A stretch of DNA of 64,000 bases, taken from the NCBI GenBank assembly GCA_035544015.1, contig DATKIP010000093.1:345454-409453 (forward strand), in the 5' to 3' direction. The stretch's first letter is position 1, and every line of letters begins with the position of its first letter. This DNA is from Candidatus Saccharimonadia bacterium. GTDB lineage: Bacteria > Patescibacteriota > Saccharimonadia > UBA4664. Shown piece by piece: positions 28,456 to 39,109 of this stretch. Made by a program: the position numbers and the translations under genes. The notes under the pieces were generated by a model, which was given only the letters and a program-made list of their open reading frames with translations, had not been told where the DNA came from and did no database searches.

Positions 28456-30762
28456 ATGAGCAAAAACCTCGTCATCGTAGAGAGCCCCGCGAAGGGCAAA
28501 ACCATCGCCGGCTTCCTGGGCAAAGATTACCAGGTTGAGGCTTCGTACGGCCATATTCGTGACTTACCCAAATCTGGCATGTCTATCGACATTGAGCACG
28601 GCTTCGAGCCCACCTACGAAATCAGCCCCGACAAGAAAAAGCGCGTAAACGAGCTCAAAAAGCTCGCCAAAACCGCCGACGCCGTCTGGCTGGCCTCCGA
28701 TGAAGACCGCGAAGGGGAGGCCATCAGCTGGCACCTCTGCCTGGCGCTGGGACTCGACCCCAAAACCACCAAGCGGATTGTGTTTCACGAAATCACCAAG
28801 CCTGCCATCGAACGCGCCATCGCCAGCCCCCGCACCGTCGACCAACACCTCGTAGACGCCCAACAAGCCCGCCGCGTGCTCGACCGGCTCGTGGGCTACG
28901 AACTCTCGCCGGTACTGTGGAAAAAAGTGCAGGGCGGCTTGAGCGCCGGCCGCGTACAGAGCGTGGCCGTCCGCCTCATCGTCGAACGCGAACGCGAAAT
29001 CGAAAACTTCACCTCGGGATTTAGCTACAAAATCACCGCCCAATTCGACGCCGCCGGCGCCGGCTTCAAAGCCGAGCTTCCCGCGCGCTTCAAGACCGAC
29101 ACCGAAGCCAAAAAATTCCTCGAAGACGTCGCCACTGCCTCATTTAGCGTCGCCAGCCTCGAAACCAAGCCCGGCGAGCGCAAACCCGCCGCACCGTTCA
29201 CCACCTCCACGCTCCAGCAAGAAGCCAGCCGCAAGCTCGGCTTCTCGGTAAAACAAACCATGGTGCTCGCCCAACGCCTCTACGAATCCGGCAAAATTAC
29301 CTATATGCGTACCGATTCTGTGCACCTCTCCGACCAAGCCATCGACGGCGCCGCCAGCATGATCAAGCAAAAATTCGGCGACAAGTATTACAAAAAACGC
29401 CAGTACACCACCAAATCCGCCGGCGCCCAAGAAGCCCACGAGGCCATTCGGCCCTCAGATTTCACCCGCGACACCGTCACCGGCGAATCCGGCGAAATAC
29501 GCCTGTACGAACTCATCTGGAAGCGCACCGTGGCCTCCCAAATGGCCGACGCCGTACTCGAACGCACCACGGTGGGCGTTGCCACCTCTACCCGCCCCGA
29601 AAATCTCGTTGCCAAGGGCGAAATCATCAAATTCGATGGCTTCCTCAAGCTCTATCTCGCCCAAGACACCGACGAAGAAGCCGAGGAAGAGGGAATATTG
29701 CCCCCGCTCACCGTCGGCCAAACCGTCGTCCTCGACACCATGCAGGCCGTGCAAGTTTACGACCGCCCCAAGCCCCGCTACACCGAGGCCAGCCTGGTTA
29801 AAAACCTCGAAGAAATGGGCATCGGCCGCCCATCCACCTACGCCCCCACCATCTCCACCATCCAAGACCGCGAATACATCATCAAAGGCGACCTCGAAGG
29901 CAAAGAGCGCCCAGTGAAGCGCTTCGAGCTCAAAGCCGGCACGGTCACCGAAGCCAACACGGTCGAGACCTACGGCGCCGACCGCAACAAGCTGTTTCCC
30001 ACCTCTATCGGCATGCTTGTATCCGATTTCCTCGTAAAACACTTTCCCAAAGTGGTCGACTACGACTTCACCCGCAAGGTCGAGGAAGAATTCGACGAAA
30101 TCGCCGACGGCAAGCAAACCTGGAACAAAATGATCGCCGAATTCTACGAAGGCTTCCACCCCACCATCCTCGCCGCCGACTCCATCAGCCGCCAGGAAGC
30201 CGCCGGCGCCCGCGAGCTCGGCGCCGATCCGAAATCCGGCAAACCGATCATCGCCCGCCTCGGCCGCTACGGACCCATGCTGCAGCTCGGCTCGGCCGAA
30301 GACGAAGAAAAGCCCAAATTCGCCCCCCTGCCCACCGGCCGCCGCATCGACGACGTTACGCTCGAAGAGGCCCTGGAGCTCTTCAAGCTACCCCGCGTGC
30401 TCGGCCAAACCGCCGACGGCGCCGATATCGCCGTAAACTTCGGCCGCTTCGGCCCGTACGCCAAATGGGGAAGCAATTACGTCTCCATCAAGCCCGACGA
30501 CCCCTTCACCATTACGCTCGAACGCGCCCGCGAGCTCATCACCGAAAAAGCCGCCACCGACGCCGCCAAGCGCATCAAGAACTTTGACGACAGCCCCATC
30601 GTGATTCTCAACGGTCGCTTCGGCCCCTACATCACCGACGGCAAGAAAAACGCCAAAATCCCCAAGGGCACCGAACCAGCCGAAATTACCCTTGATGAAG
30701 CCAAAAAACTCCTAGCCGACGCTCCCGCCAAATCAAAACGCCGTCGCATCGTCAAATCTTAA
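28456..30762 (+). CDS. topA: DNA topoisomerase I
   Basis: LVIVESPAK, DEDREGE, SAGRVQS, ITYMRTDS, GRFGPY C-terminal repeats. Confidence 0.97.
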   Translation: MSKNLVIVESPAKGKTIAGFLGKDYQVEASYGHIRDLPKSGMSIDIEHGFEPTYEISPDKKKRVNELKKLAKTADAVWLASDEDREGEAISWHLCLALGLDPKTTKRIVFHEITKPAIERAIASPRTVDQHLVDAQQARRVLDRLVGYELSPVLWKKVQGGLSAGRVQSVAVRLIVEREREIENFTSGFSYKITAQFDAAGAGFKAELPARFKTDTEAKKFLEDVATASFSVASLETKPGERKPAAPFTTSTLQQEASRKLGFSVKQTMVLAQRLYESGKITYMRTDSVHLSDQAIDGAASMIKQKFGDKYYKKRQYTTKSAGAQEAHEAIRPSDFTRDTVTGESGEIRLYELIWKRTVASQMADAVLERTTVGVATSTRPENLVAKGEIIKFDGFLKLYLAQDTDEEAEEEGILPPLTVGQTVVLDTMQAVQVYDRPKPRYTEASLVKNLEEMGIGRPSTYAPTISTIQDREYIIKGDLEGKERPVKRFELKAGTVTEANTVETYGADRNKLFPTSIGMLVSDFLVKHFPKVVDYDFTRKVEEEFDEIADGKQTWNKMIAEFYEGFHPTILAADSISRQEAAGARELGADPKSGKPIIARLGRYGPMLQLGSAEDEEKPKFAPLPTGRRIDDVTLEEALELFKLPRVLGQTADGADIAVNFGRFGPYAKWGSNYVSIKPDDPFTITLERARELITEKAATDAAKRIKNFDDSPIVILNGRFGPYITDGKKNAKIPKGTEPAEITLDEAKKLLADAPAKSKRRRIVKS

Positions 30763-30833
30763 TCTTGTAATAAATCCCAAGGCTCGTTACGATAATTGTC
30801 TAATATCACAACGTAGCCTCGTCTACTAGTACT

Positions 30834-33320
30834 ATGGCCAAGTCTAAACCCAAACCCCGCAAGTCACCCCGCGGCCTCTTTTACGAGGCGCTTCCGGTTG
30901 CTCAACCATCGCAACTCGGCCTTAGCGACGCCGGGCAACAACTCCGCGACGCCCTCCAAACTCTCGGCGAGCTATGGCAGACCCTGCGCGAACAATCCGG
31001 CCCCGTCTCACGCGCCTGGTCGGCCTGGCTGATCCGCACCGGCCTCGCCACCTCCGCAACCCTCGGCCAATGGGCCCGCGCCGGAATAGTCGCCACCCGC
31101 TATGCCGGCGACGCCACCCGCACCTACGCCCCGGCCGCCGTCGCCGACGCCGGCGTATTTGCCGGCCGCGTGCGCCGGCGCCTAGGGGATCGGCGCGCTC
31201 GCGCCCTGTATCTGTCGCTAGCCGCCGGCGCCCTGTTTGGCCTGGTGGCCGTCACCGCCGTCACTGCCACCAACACCCTGCGTTCCTACGCCCAAGACAT
31301 TTCCAGCCCCGGCGCCCTGCTCGACAAAAAGAAAACCGGCATCACCATTCTCGATCGCAACAACCAAGTCTTGTATCAAGGCTACGGCGCCCAATCCAAC
31401 ACCCCCGTGCAGCTCGGCGACATCCCTCCCACGCTCAAAAATGCCACCCTAGCAGCTGAAGACCCCAGTTTTTACGAACACCCCGGCTTTTCCTGGCGAG
31501 GCACCATTCGCGCCGCCGTCACCGACCTCACTCACCAAAACCGCGCCGAAGGCGGCTCCACGCTCACCCAGCAACTCATCAAGAACGCTCTGCTCACCTC
31601 CGACAAGAAATTCCAGCGCAAGTACCAAGAGTTGCTGCTAGCCATGGAGCTCGAGCAGCGCTACTCCAAAGATGACATCCTCTTGATGTACCTCAACGAC
31701 ACCTACTACGGCCAGGGTTCATCGGGGGTCGAAGCCGCCAGCCAGACCTACTTTCACAAGCCCGTCAGCCAACTCACGCTCGGCGAATCAGCGCTGCTAG
31801 CCGGCCTGCCGCTCGGCCCTTCGCGCCTCGACCCCAATGTCAACCTCGACGCCGCCCTCGGCCGGCGCGATTATGTGCTCACCCGCCTGGCCGAGCTGGG
31901 CAAAATCACCCCTGCCGAGGCCACCGCTGCCAAAGCCCAGCCTCTCGCCCTCGCCGATTCACCCGGCGCCAGCCCCAATGCCCTGATCGTCTACGCCAAG
32001 CCTATTATTATCCGCGCCCCCCATTTTGTGTTTTACGTGCTCGACCAACTCCGGTCCAAATACGGCTCAGACGCCGTCGAAAATGGCGGTCTCACCGTCC
32101 ACACCACGCTCGACCTCACCAAGCAAGATTTAGCCCAACAAACCATCCAAACCCAAATCAGCAAGCTAGGCTCGCACCACGTCACCAACGGCGGACTCAT
32201 CTCGATCGAGCCGTCCACCGGCAACATCGTCGCCATGGTTGGCAGCGTCGACTACAACGCACCCGGATTTGGCAACGTCAACGTGACGCTCTCCCAGCTC
32301 CAACCTGGCTCCAGCTTCAAGCCCATCGCCTACGCCACTGCCTTCAAAAAAGGCTACACCGGCGCCACCCATGTCGACGACACGCCCATGTCGGTCCCCA
32401 ACGGCGATGGCACACTCTACGTACCCCAAAACTACGACCTCAAATTCCGCGGCTCCGTGTCACTGCGCCAAGCCTTGGCCAATTCACTCAACATCCCAGC
32501 CATTAAAGTGCTGCAATTTGCCGGCATCCACGACACCATCCAAACCGCTCACGACATGGGCATCACCACCCTGCAAGACGAATCGCGTTTTGGCCTCGCC
32601 CTCGTACTCGGAGGCGGGGAAGTGCGCCCCCTCGACATGGCTACTGTTTACGCCACCTTTGCCAACAACGGCACCAAAGTTGAACCGCGAGCCATCCTAA
32701 AAGTCCAAAATCGTTACGGCCAAGACATCACCAAACCAGCCAACACCACTCCCCAAGCGGTCCTCGATCCCCGCATCGCCTATATGATCACCAACATTCT
32801 CTCCGACAACCCCGCCCGCACCCCCGAATTCGGCCCCAACTCACCACTCAAACTCAGCCGCCCCACCGCCGCCAAAACCGGTACCACCAATGACTTCCGC
32901 GACAACTGGACCGTCGGCTACACGCCCCAGCTCGCCACCGCCGTATGGGTGGGCAACAACGACCACACGCCGATGAACAATGTCGACGGCATCACCGGCG
33001 CCGCCCCCATTTGGGGCACCTTCATGGAAGCCGCCCTGGCCGACCAACCCGTCGTCGACTTCAGCATTCCCGCCGGCATCGGCACGGCCAAGGTCTGCGC
33101 CGCCGACGGGGGGCTTGCCAACCCCTGGGACGCCGGCTACACCGAGATATTCATGACCTCAGCCATGCCCACCAAACCCTGCGCCAGCCGAGCTCCACAG
33201 GTCGACATACCGCCGACCCCAGCCAGTCCCACCGCACCCACGATTCCGCTCCTCACGTTGCCCAATCTTCCCCCTATAATCCTGCCCCACACCAAGCCAT
33301 TCTTGAACCCCTTTCAATAG
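30834..33320 (+). CDS. Class A penicillin-binding protein (PBP1A family)
   Basis: [35 protein letters not shown]. Confidence 0.95.
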   Translation: MAKSKPKPRKSPRGLFYEALPVAQPSQLGLSDAGQQLRDALQTLGELWQTLREQSGPVSRAWSAWLIRTGLATSATLGQWARAGIVATRYAGDATRTYAPAAVADAGVFAGRVRRRLGDRRARALYLSLAAGALFGLVAVTAVTATNTLRSYAQDISSPGALLDKKKTGITILDRNNQVLYQGYGAQSNTPVQLGDIPPTLKNATLAAEDPSFYEHPGFSWRGTIRAAVTDLTHQNRAEGGSTLTQQLIKNALLTSDKKFQRKYQELLLAMELEQRYSKDDILLMYLNDTYYGQGSSGVEAASQTYFHKPVSQLTLGESALLAGLPLGPSRLDPNVNLDAALGRRDYVLTRLAELGKITPAEATAAKAQPLALADSPGASPNALIVYAKPIIIRAPHFVFYVLDQLRSKYGSDAVENGGLTVHTTLDLTKQDLAQQTIQTQISKLGSHHVTNGGLISIEPSTGNIVAMVGSVDYNAPGFGNVNVTLSQLQPGSSFKPIAYATAFKKGYTGATHVDDTPMSVPNGDGTLYVPQNYDLKFRGSVSLRQALANSLNIPAIKVLQFAGIHDTIQTAHDMGITTLQDESRFGLALVLGGGEVRPLDMATVYATFANNGTKVEPRAILKVQNRYGQDITKPANTTPQAVLDPRIAYMITNILSDNPARTPEFGPNSPLKLSRPTAAKTGTTNDFRDNWTVGYTPQLATAVWVGNNDHTPMNNVDGITGAAPIWGTFMEAALADQPVVDFSIPAGIGTAKVCAADGGLANPWDAGYTEIFMTSAMPTKPCASRAPQVDIPPTPASPTAPTIPLLTLPNLPPIILPHTKPFLNPFQ

Positions 33321-33417
33321 CACCCCGCGCCTAAACTATTGACAAAATAGAGTATATGTAGTAAAGTGTATCGATTCGCTCATAACCCGAGCGATTGAGA
33401 AGGAGATTACTACTATT

Positions 33418-34104
33418 ATGATCACCATGAATCAAACCTCGGCTCGCCGCCTCACCCAGGCCGGCGTCGCCATGGGTACCCTCGCGGTACTGGGCGTTGG
33501 CCTGGCCGGCGCCTGCCACCCCCAGGGCGTCATCACCAAAGATGTCCAAAACCTCACCACTGGTTCTGCCCTGTCCAAAGCCGATACCCTCGGTACCGCC
33601 GTTATGGCTCGCCCCGGCGACACGCTCGTCTACACCGTTAGCATCTCAAACCTGGCTACCGGCAACCAAGACCAGCTCATCAACACTGCCATCACCGACG
33701 CTTTGCCGGCCGGCCTCACGCTCGTGAAGACCGACTCGTACAACGTTGGTACCATCCAGATGAAGCAAACCGCCAAGCGCACCATTACCGTCAAGGTCAG
33801 CGCCACCACGGCCGGTGCCATCAAAAACACCGCTTGCTTCACCGGCGACTCGGTCGACCACAAGGTACCCCAAAGGGGTTGTGACGTAGCCTACGTGAAC
33901 GTCGTGGTTCCGACCCCGACCCCCACGCCTACGCACACGCCCGACCCCACGCCCACCCCGACCCCGGGCGTTACGCTCGGCACCAGCACCGTGGCTCCGG
34001 CCATCCTGCCGGTAACCGGTGCGGGCGACGCCAGCGCCATCATCGGCCTCACGGCCATGATCGGCACGGCTACGGCTTACATCAAGTCGCGCCGCCGCAA
34101 GTAA
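33418..34104 (+). CDS. DUF11-like surface protein with LPxTG sorting signal
   Basis: ARPGDTLVYTVSISN...ITDALPAGL, PT-repeat linker, LPVTG + TM + RRRK. Confidence 0.85.
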   Translation: MITMNQTSARRLTQAGVAMGTLAVLGVGLAGACHPQGVITKDVQNLTTGSALSKADTLGTAVMARPGDTLVYTVSISNLATGNQDQLINTAITDALPAGLTLVKTDSYNVGTIQMKQTAKRTITVKVSATTAGAIKNTACFTGDSVDHKVPQRGCDVAYVNVVVPTPTPTPTHTPDPTPTPTPGVTLGTSTVAPAILPVTGAGDASAIIGLTAMIGTATAYIKSRRRK

Positions 34105-34183
34105 ACCCAAACCGAGCCTCGGCTCAGCCAAAAAGACCCTCGCCATGAGGGTCTTTTTGAGTTGTCGAGCTATAATGAGCACC

Positions 34184-35290
34184 ATGCAAGACCTCATCCG
34201 CCAACTCGAAGCCCTCGCAAGCAGCATCCGCGAGGCCACCACCAAACTCGGCCTCGACGCCGATCGCCGCCGCGTGGCCGAGCTCCAAGCCCAAGCCACC
34301 GCGCCGGACTTCTGGAGCGATTCGCAGGCCGCCGGCGCCGTCAGCAAACAGCTCGCGGAGCTCGAGCGTCACGTGGCCTCCTGGGACAACCTTCAAACCG
34401 ACGCCAACGAGGCCCTCGAGCTCGCACACCTCGAGGTCGGCGGCACCGACGAAGCCGCTCAGGCGCAAGTCCGCGAACTCTACGACCACACCCAGGCCGA
34501 ATTCGACCGCCGCCAATTCGAGCTCAAACTCTCCGGCCCGCACGACCGCTCCTCAGCCATTGTCGAAATCCACGCCGGCACCGGCGGCACCGACGCTCAA
34601 GATTGGGCCCAGATGCTCCAACGCATGTACTTGCGCTACGCCGAACGCGCCGGTTTCAGCGCCGAAGTCGACTCCACCTCGCACGGCGAAGAAGCCGGCA
34701 TCAAAAGCACCACCTTCGAGATCAACGGCCCCTATGCCTATGGCAAGCTCAAAGGCGAAGCCGGCGTGCATCGCCTGGTGCGCCTGAGCCCCTTCAACTC
34801 CGACAACCTGCGCCAAACCTCGTTCGCGCTCGTCGAGGTCCTGCCCCAGATCGCAGCCGGCCCCGAGCTCGAAATCGACCCCGACGACCTCCGCATCGAT
34901 GTCTACCGCTCCGGCGGCCACGGCGGCCAATCCGTCAACACCACCGACTCCGCCGTGCGCATTACGCACCTCCCCTCCGGCCTCGTGGTCGCCATCCAAA
35001 ACGAACGCTCCCAGCTCCAAAACAAAGAAAAAGCCATGGCCATCCTCAAATCCCGCCTGGCCACCCTCATGGAAGCCCAAGCCAAGGCCAGTCTCACCGA
35101 GCTGCGCGCCAGCGACAAATCGGCCGAGTGGGGGAGCCAGATCCGCAACTACGTCCTCCACCCCTACACCAAGGTCAAAGATGTCCGCACCGGTGCCGAA
35201 ACCAACCAGGCTCAAGACGTGCTTGACGGCGACCTTGATCTATTTATCGAAGCCTATCTAAACTCCCAAATCGGCGCCGACAGAGCCTAG
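34184..35290 (+). CDS. prfB: Peptide chain release factor 2 (no programmed frameshift)
   Basis: GVHRLVRLSPF (SPF motif), GGQ, WGSQIRNY. Confidence 0.96.
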   Translation: MQDLIRQLEALASSIREATTKLGLDADRRRVAELQAQATAPDFWSDSQAAGAVSKQLAELERHVASWDNLQTDANEALELAHLEVGGTDEAAQAQVRELYDHTQAEFDRRQFELKLSGPHDRSSAIVEIHAGTGGTDAQDWAQMLQRMYLRYAERAGFSAEVDSTSHGEEAGIKSTTFEINGPYAYGKLKGEAGVHRLVRLSPFNSDNLRQTSFALVEVLPQIAAGPELEIDPDDLRIDVYRSGGHGGQSVNTTDSAVRITHLPSGLVVAIQNERSQLQNKEKAMAILKSRLATLMEAQAKASLTELRASDKSAEWGSQIRNYVLHPYTKVKDVRTGAETNQAQDVLDGDLDLFIEAYLNSQIGADRA

Positions 35291-35321
35291 CCCATGACCG
35301 CGGAGTTGACCCACCCAGTAC

Positions 35322-35393
35322 GTATAACGGAATCCGAGGAATTGACCCATTAGCGAGGGAGAATCTCGCCCCATTCCTCGGATTCCGTTATAC
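35322..35393. repeat. Inverted-repeat element, copy B (21-bp perfect arms, 30-nt spacer)
   Basis: GTATAACGGAATCCGAGGAAT / ATTCCTCGGATTCCGTTATAC. Confidence 0.85.
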
Positions 35394-35453
35394 CCGCTAC
35401 AAATGGGCACACCGCACCACCAGAGCCAGCCCCATATGCTACACTAAGGTCAA

Positions 35454-36146
35454 ATGATTCTCTTCGACCGAGTCACTAAAGTGTACCCGAACCAGATGGT
35501 CGCGCTCAGCGGCCTGAATTTGCACATTCAGCCCAAAGAATTCGTGACCATTGTGGGATCGAGCGGGGCAGGGAAGTCCACGCTCATCAAGCTCCTCACG
35601 CGCGAGGAAGTCCACAGCTCAGGCAAAATCATTGTCGGCGGCCTCGATTACGACACCATCACCGCCCGCGACGTGCCGCTGGTGCGCCGCCGCATCGGTG
35701 TGGTATTCCAAGACTTCAAACTCCTGCCCGGCCGCCGCGTCGGCGAAAACGTCGCCTTCGCGCTCGAAGTCTCCGGTGCCCGCGGCCGCGAAATCAAGCG
35801 CGCCGTGCCCAAAATGCTCACCCTCGTCGGCCTCAGCCCCAAGGAAAACAGCTTCCCCACGGAGCTTTCCGGCGGCGAGCGCCAACGCGTCGCTATCGCC
35901 CGCGCCCTCATCCGCCAGCCCAAAATCCTCATCGCCGACGAGCCCACCGGCAATCTCGATCCCAAAAACGCCTGGGAAATCATCGAGCTCCTGCTCAAAA
36001 TCAACCGTTTCGGCACCACTGTCGTGCTCACCACGCACAACAAAGAAATCGTCAACGCCCTCAAGCGCCGCGTGATCACCATCAACCGCGGGCGCATCAT
36101 CAAAGACGAAGAGCAGGGCCGCTACACCTTGGAGGGCGGCAAATGA
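35454..36146 (+). CDS. ftsE: Cell division ATP-binding protein FtsE
   Basis: GSSGAGKST, VVFQDFKLL, LSGGE, ADEPTGNLD. Confidence 0.95.
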   Translation: MILFDRVTKVYPNQMVALSGLNLHIQPKEFVTIVGSSGAGKSTLIKLLTREEVHSSGKIIVGGLDYDTITARDVPLVRRRIGVVFQDFKLLPGRRVGENVAFALEVSGARGREIKRAVPKMLTLVGLSPKENSFPTELSGGERQRVAIARALIRQPKILIADEPTGNLDPKNAWEIIELLLKINRFGTTVVLTTHNKEIVNALKRRVITINRGRIIKDEEQGRYTLEGGK

Positions 36147-37060
36147 TACTTCAACTATGGCGGGTCATGCACGCCGGCCTGCGCAATTTCATCCGCAACG
36201 CCTGGCTATCCACCGCCGCCACCGCCGTGATGACCATCACGCTGTCGATCATCGTGCTGTCGTTTATTTCCAACTCGGCCCTCACCAGCACCATTAAAGG
36301 TGTCACTGACAAAATCGACGTCTCGGTCTACCTCAACGACACCATCACGCCCGCGCAGCGCAACACCTTCCAAGCCGCACTGAAAAACAACCCTAACGTC
36401 GACGCCATCCACTACACGTCCAAAGCCGACGCCGTAGCGCTGTACAAGGCCCAACACGCCAACGACCCCAGCCTGCTCAGGGCCCTCGATGTCGCCGGCA
36501 ACGCCCTCCCGGCCTCATTCCAGGTGAAAGCCAAAGACCCCAAGAAAATCGACAGCATCATCGCCGTCACCAACCAACCCGACTACAAGCCTCTGCTCGA
36601 CCCCGACAAAGGCACCACCTACTCTGGCAAGGACAAATCCACCATCGACCGCATCGTTTCGGTGTCAAACTTCTTCAAATCCACCGGCCTCTACGCCAGC
36701 ATTATCTTCGTGATCATCTCCACGCTCATCATCTTCAACACCATCCGCATGGCCATCTTTACCCGCAAAGAAGAAATCGAGATCATGAAGCTCGTCGGCG
36801 CCACCAAATGGTTTATTCGCGGACCATTCCTGTTCGAAGCCGCCCTCTACGGCATCGTCGCCGCCGTCATCGCCGCCAGCCTGTCCTACGCGCTCTTGCT
36901 CGGCGCCGGGCCCAAGCTCTCTGGGTACATCGACGTCAAATCCACCATTGAGTTCTTCCGTAGCTACCCCGCCTTCGTCATCATCGGCGAGCTCGTGATC
37001 GGCATATTCATCGGCGCATTCTCCTCGCTACTCGCCATGAGCCGGTACCTGAAGCTATGA
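36143..37060 (+). CDS. ftsX: Cell division permease FtsX
   Basis: NTIRMAIFTRKEEIEIMKLVGAT..FIRGPF. Confidence 0.95.
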   Translation: MILQLWRVMHAGLRNFIRNAWLSTAATAVMTITLSIIVLSFISNSALTSTIKGVTDKIDVSVYLNDTITPAQRNTFQAALKNNPNVDAIHYTSKADAVALYKAQHANDPSLLRALDVAGNALPASFQVKAKDPKKIDSIIAVTNQPDYKPLLDPDKGTTYSGKDKSTIDRIVSVSNFFKSTGLYASIIFVIISTLIIFNTIRMAIFTRKEEIEIMKLVGATKWFIRGPFLFEAALYGIVAAVIAASLSYALLLGAGPKLSGYIDVKSTIEFFRSYPAFVIIGELVIGIFIGAFSSLLAMSRYLKL

Positions 37061-37833
37061 ATAACACACCACCATATTTCAGCATTATCATGCCCACATA
37101 CAACCGAGCCAAGCTGCTCAAACGTGCGATCGACTCGGCCCTAAACCAAACCTTCGCCGACTTTGAGCTAATCGTGGTTGACGATGGATCTACCGATAAT
37201 ACAGGTGAAGTCCTAGCCCGCATAGCCGACCAACGCCTTCAGATCATCAAGCAACCCAATGCCGGACCGGCCGCCGCTCGCAACACCGCCCTAGAGTCGG
37301 CCAAAGGTACATTTATTGCCTACCTCGATTCAGATAACACCTTCCATCCAGATTTCTTAAAAGTCCTAGCCGATGAATTAACAGAGCCTTTTGTAGCAGC
37401 CTATACCGGTCAAAATCTATTCCTGGTCGACGGCAATTTAGACGAACCGCACGTAATCGGGCGCAAAACCCGCAGCCTACCCTTCAACCCGGCAGCCTTT
37501 CAAAATGGCAATTATATCGACATTGGTTGTTTTGTCCATCGCGCCGACATTATAAAAATCGTGGGGACATTCGACCCCTCTCAGCCATGGGCCGAAGACT
37601 GGGATTTGATCGCGCGGATAGCTATCCAATATCCTTTTTACATTAAGCATATCGACCAGGTTCTCTGCGATTATTACGCTTATCTGCCCGAAGCACTACC
37701 TACCATGACAAACCAATCAAAGGCTTGGGCCGTTAATATCAAACGCGCTTTTGGGGTTGGGCCGACAGAGGCCCGCGACAAAAAATTGGCCGAGCACATC
37801 ACAACGCTGGTCCGTAAGCGCTACCCTCGCTGA
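37057..37833 (+). CDS. Family 2 glycosyltransferase
   Basis: SIIMPTYNR, VVDDGSTD, AARN, YLDSD, EDWD. Confidence 0.92.
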   Translation: MNNTPPYFSIIMPTYNRAKLLKRAIDSALNQTFADFELIVVDDGSTDNTGEVLARIADQRLQIIKQPNAGPAAARNTALESAKGTFIAYLDSDNTFHPDFLKVLADELTEPFVAAYTGQNLFLVDGNLDEPHVIGRKTRSLPFNPAAFQNGNYIDIGCFVHRADIIKIVGTFDPSQPWAEDWDLIARIAIQYPFYIKHIDQVLCDYYAYLPEALPTMTNQSKAWAVNIKRAFGVGPTEARDKKLAEHITTLVRKRYPR

Positions 37834-37907
37834 ATTTTGAGTTAAATTCTCAAGTTTGAGCCTCGATCTCTCCATAATTTAGTAATTACGTCAAGAGCAC
37901 AACCAGT

Positions 37908-39101
37908 TTGACAGATAGGGCTACCGAGGCTACTATTGGGGTACCTTGGAGGGGCCAGACCATTCGTTTCTACCGCGACCCAAAACCAAAAATCAATCAG
38001 GCGTGCATCGCTCTCGTAAGCCTGGTTGCGATGGTATTCTCGAGCGCTGGGCCGGCATTCGCGGACAGCTTCGACGATCAGATCGCCGCCCTCAAGCAGC
38101 AAATGAGCGGACAGGCCCAACAGGCCGCTAGTCTCCACACCCAGGCCAACGACTACCGCTCCAAAGTGGCCGAACTCCAGGCCCAATCCGCCGCGCTCCA
38201 GACGCAAATCAACCTCAATCAAGCGCTCTTCAACAAAGTCACCGCCAACATTGCCGAGAACGAAGCCAAACTCGCCGAGCAAAAGACTGTGCTCGCCGCC
38301 AACCTCAAGTCGATGTACCTCGACAGCAACGTCACGCCCATCGAGATGCTCGCTTCGAGCCACAACATCTCGGAGTTTCTCGATCAGCAGCAATATCAGG
38401 ACCGTATCAAAACCAAAATTCAATCCGCCATGGCCGACATCCAAACCCTCCAGCAGCAGCTCCAAGGCCAGCGCGAGCAGGTGGCGTCCATCCTTTCCGG
38501 CCAAAAACTGCAACAGCAACAGCTCATCGCCTCTCGAAACGAGATCAACCAGCTCCTCGCACTCGCTCAGCAGAATGCCGGCGCCGCCGATCAGCAAGTC
38601 AAAGACTCAAACACCAAGATTGCCAGCCTCAAATCCCAGCAAGCCGCCATTTTGGCCGCTTCATCCCGCAGTTTCAACGGCTCCATCCCGGGCGCATCGG
38701 GCGGCTCGGGCGGTGCCTGTGACAACGGCCACGGCAACGGCGGCTACCCCATGCTCTGGTGCAACGCCGCCCAAGATTACCCCGGCTACGGCGGACCCTG
38801 GGGCTACAACCGCGAATGCGTGTCCTGGGCTGGCTGGCGGCGTCAGCAAATGGGCCACCCGGTCTACGCCTGGGGCAACGCCAATCAATGGGACGACGGC
38901 GCCCGAAACGCCGGTTACCGCGTCGACAGCTCTCCCGAAGTCGGCGCCGTAGCCCAAACCGACGCCGGCTACTTCGGCCACGTCACGGTCGTGGAGGCGA
39001 TTCAGGGCAGCAACGTCATCGTCAGCGAGATGAACTACGACGGCGACGGCCACTTCCGGTATGGCAGCTACCCGGCGACGTACTTCAAATATATTCACTA
39101 G
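37908..39101 (+). CDS. PcsB/CwlO-like coiled-coil CHAP peptidoglycan hydrolase (start uncertain)
   Basis: Signal/TM, long coiled coil, NRECVSW, WGNANQW, GHV, SEMNY. Confidence 0.9.
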   Translation: MTDRATEATIGVPWRGQTIRFYRDPKPKINQACIALVSLVAMVFSSAGPAFADSFDDQIAALKQQMSGQAQQAASLHTQANDYRSKVAELQAQSAALQTQINLNQALFNKVTANIAENEAKLAEQKTVLAANLKSMYLDSNVTPIEMLASSHNISEFLDQQQYQDRIKTKIQSAMADIQTLQQQLQGQREQVASILSGQKLQQQQLIASRNEINQLLALAQQNAGAADQQVKDSNTKIASLKSQQAAILAASSRSFNGSIPGASGGSGGACDNGHGNGGYPMLWCNAAQDYPGYGGPWGYNRECVSWAGWRRQQMGHPVYAWGNANQWDDGARNAGYRVDSSPEVGAVAQTDAGYFGHVTVVEAIQGSNVIVSEMNYDGDGHFRYGSYPATYFKYIH

Positions 39102-39109
39102 AAAGGCCC

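Noticed and set aside
33911-33967. CCGACC-type tandem repeats
   Set aside because: They encode an ordinary Pro-Thr linker of an LPxTG surface protein.
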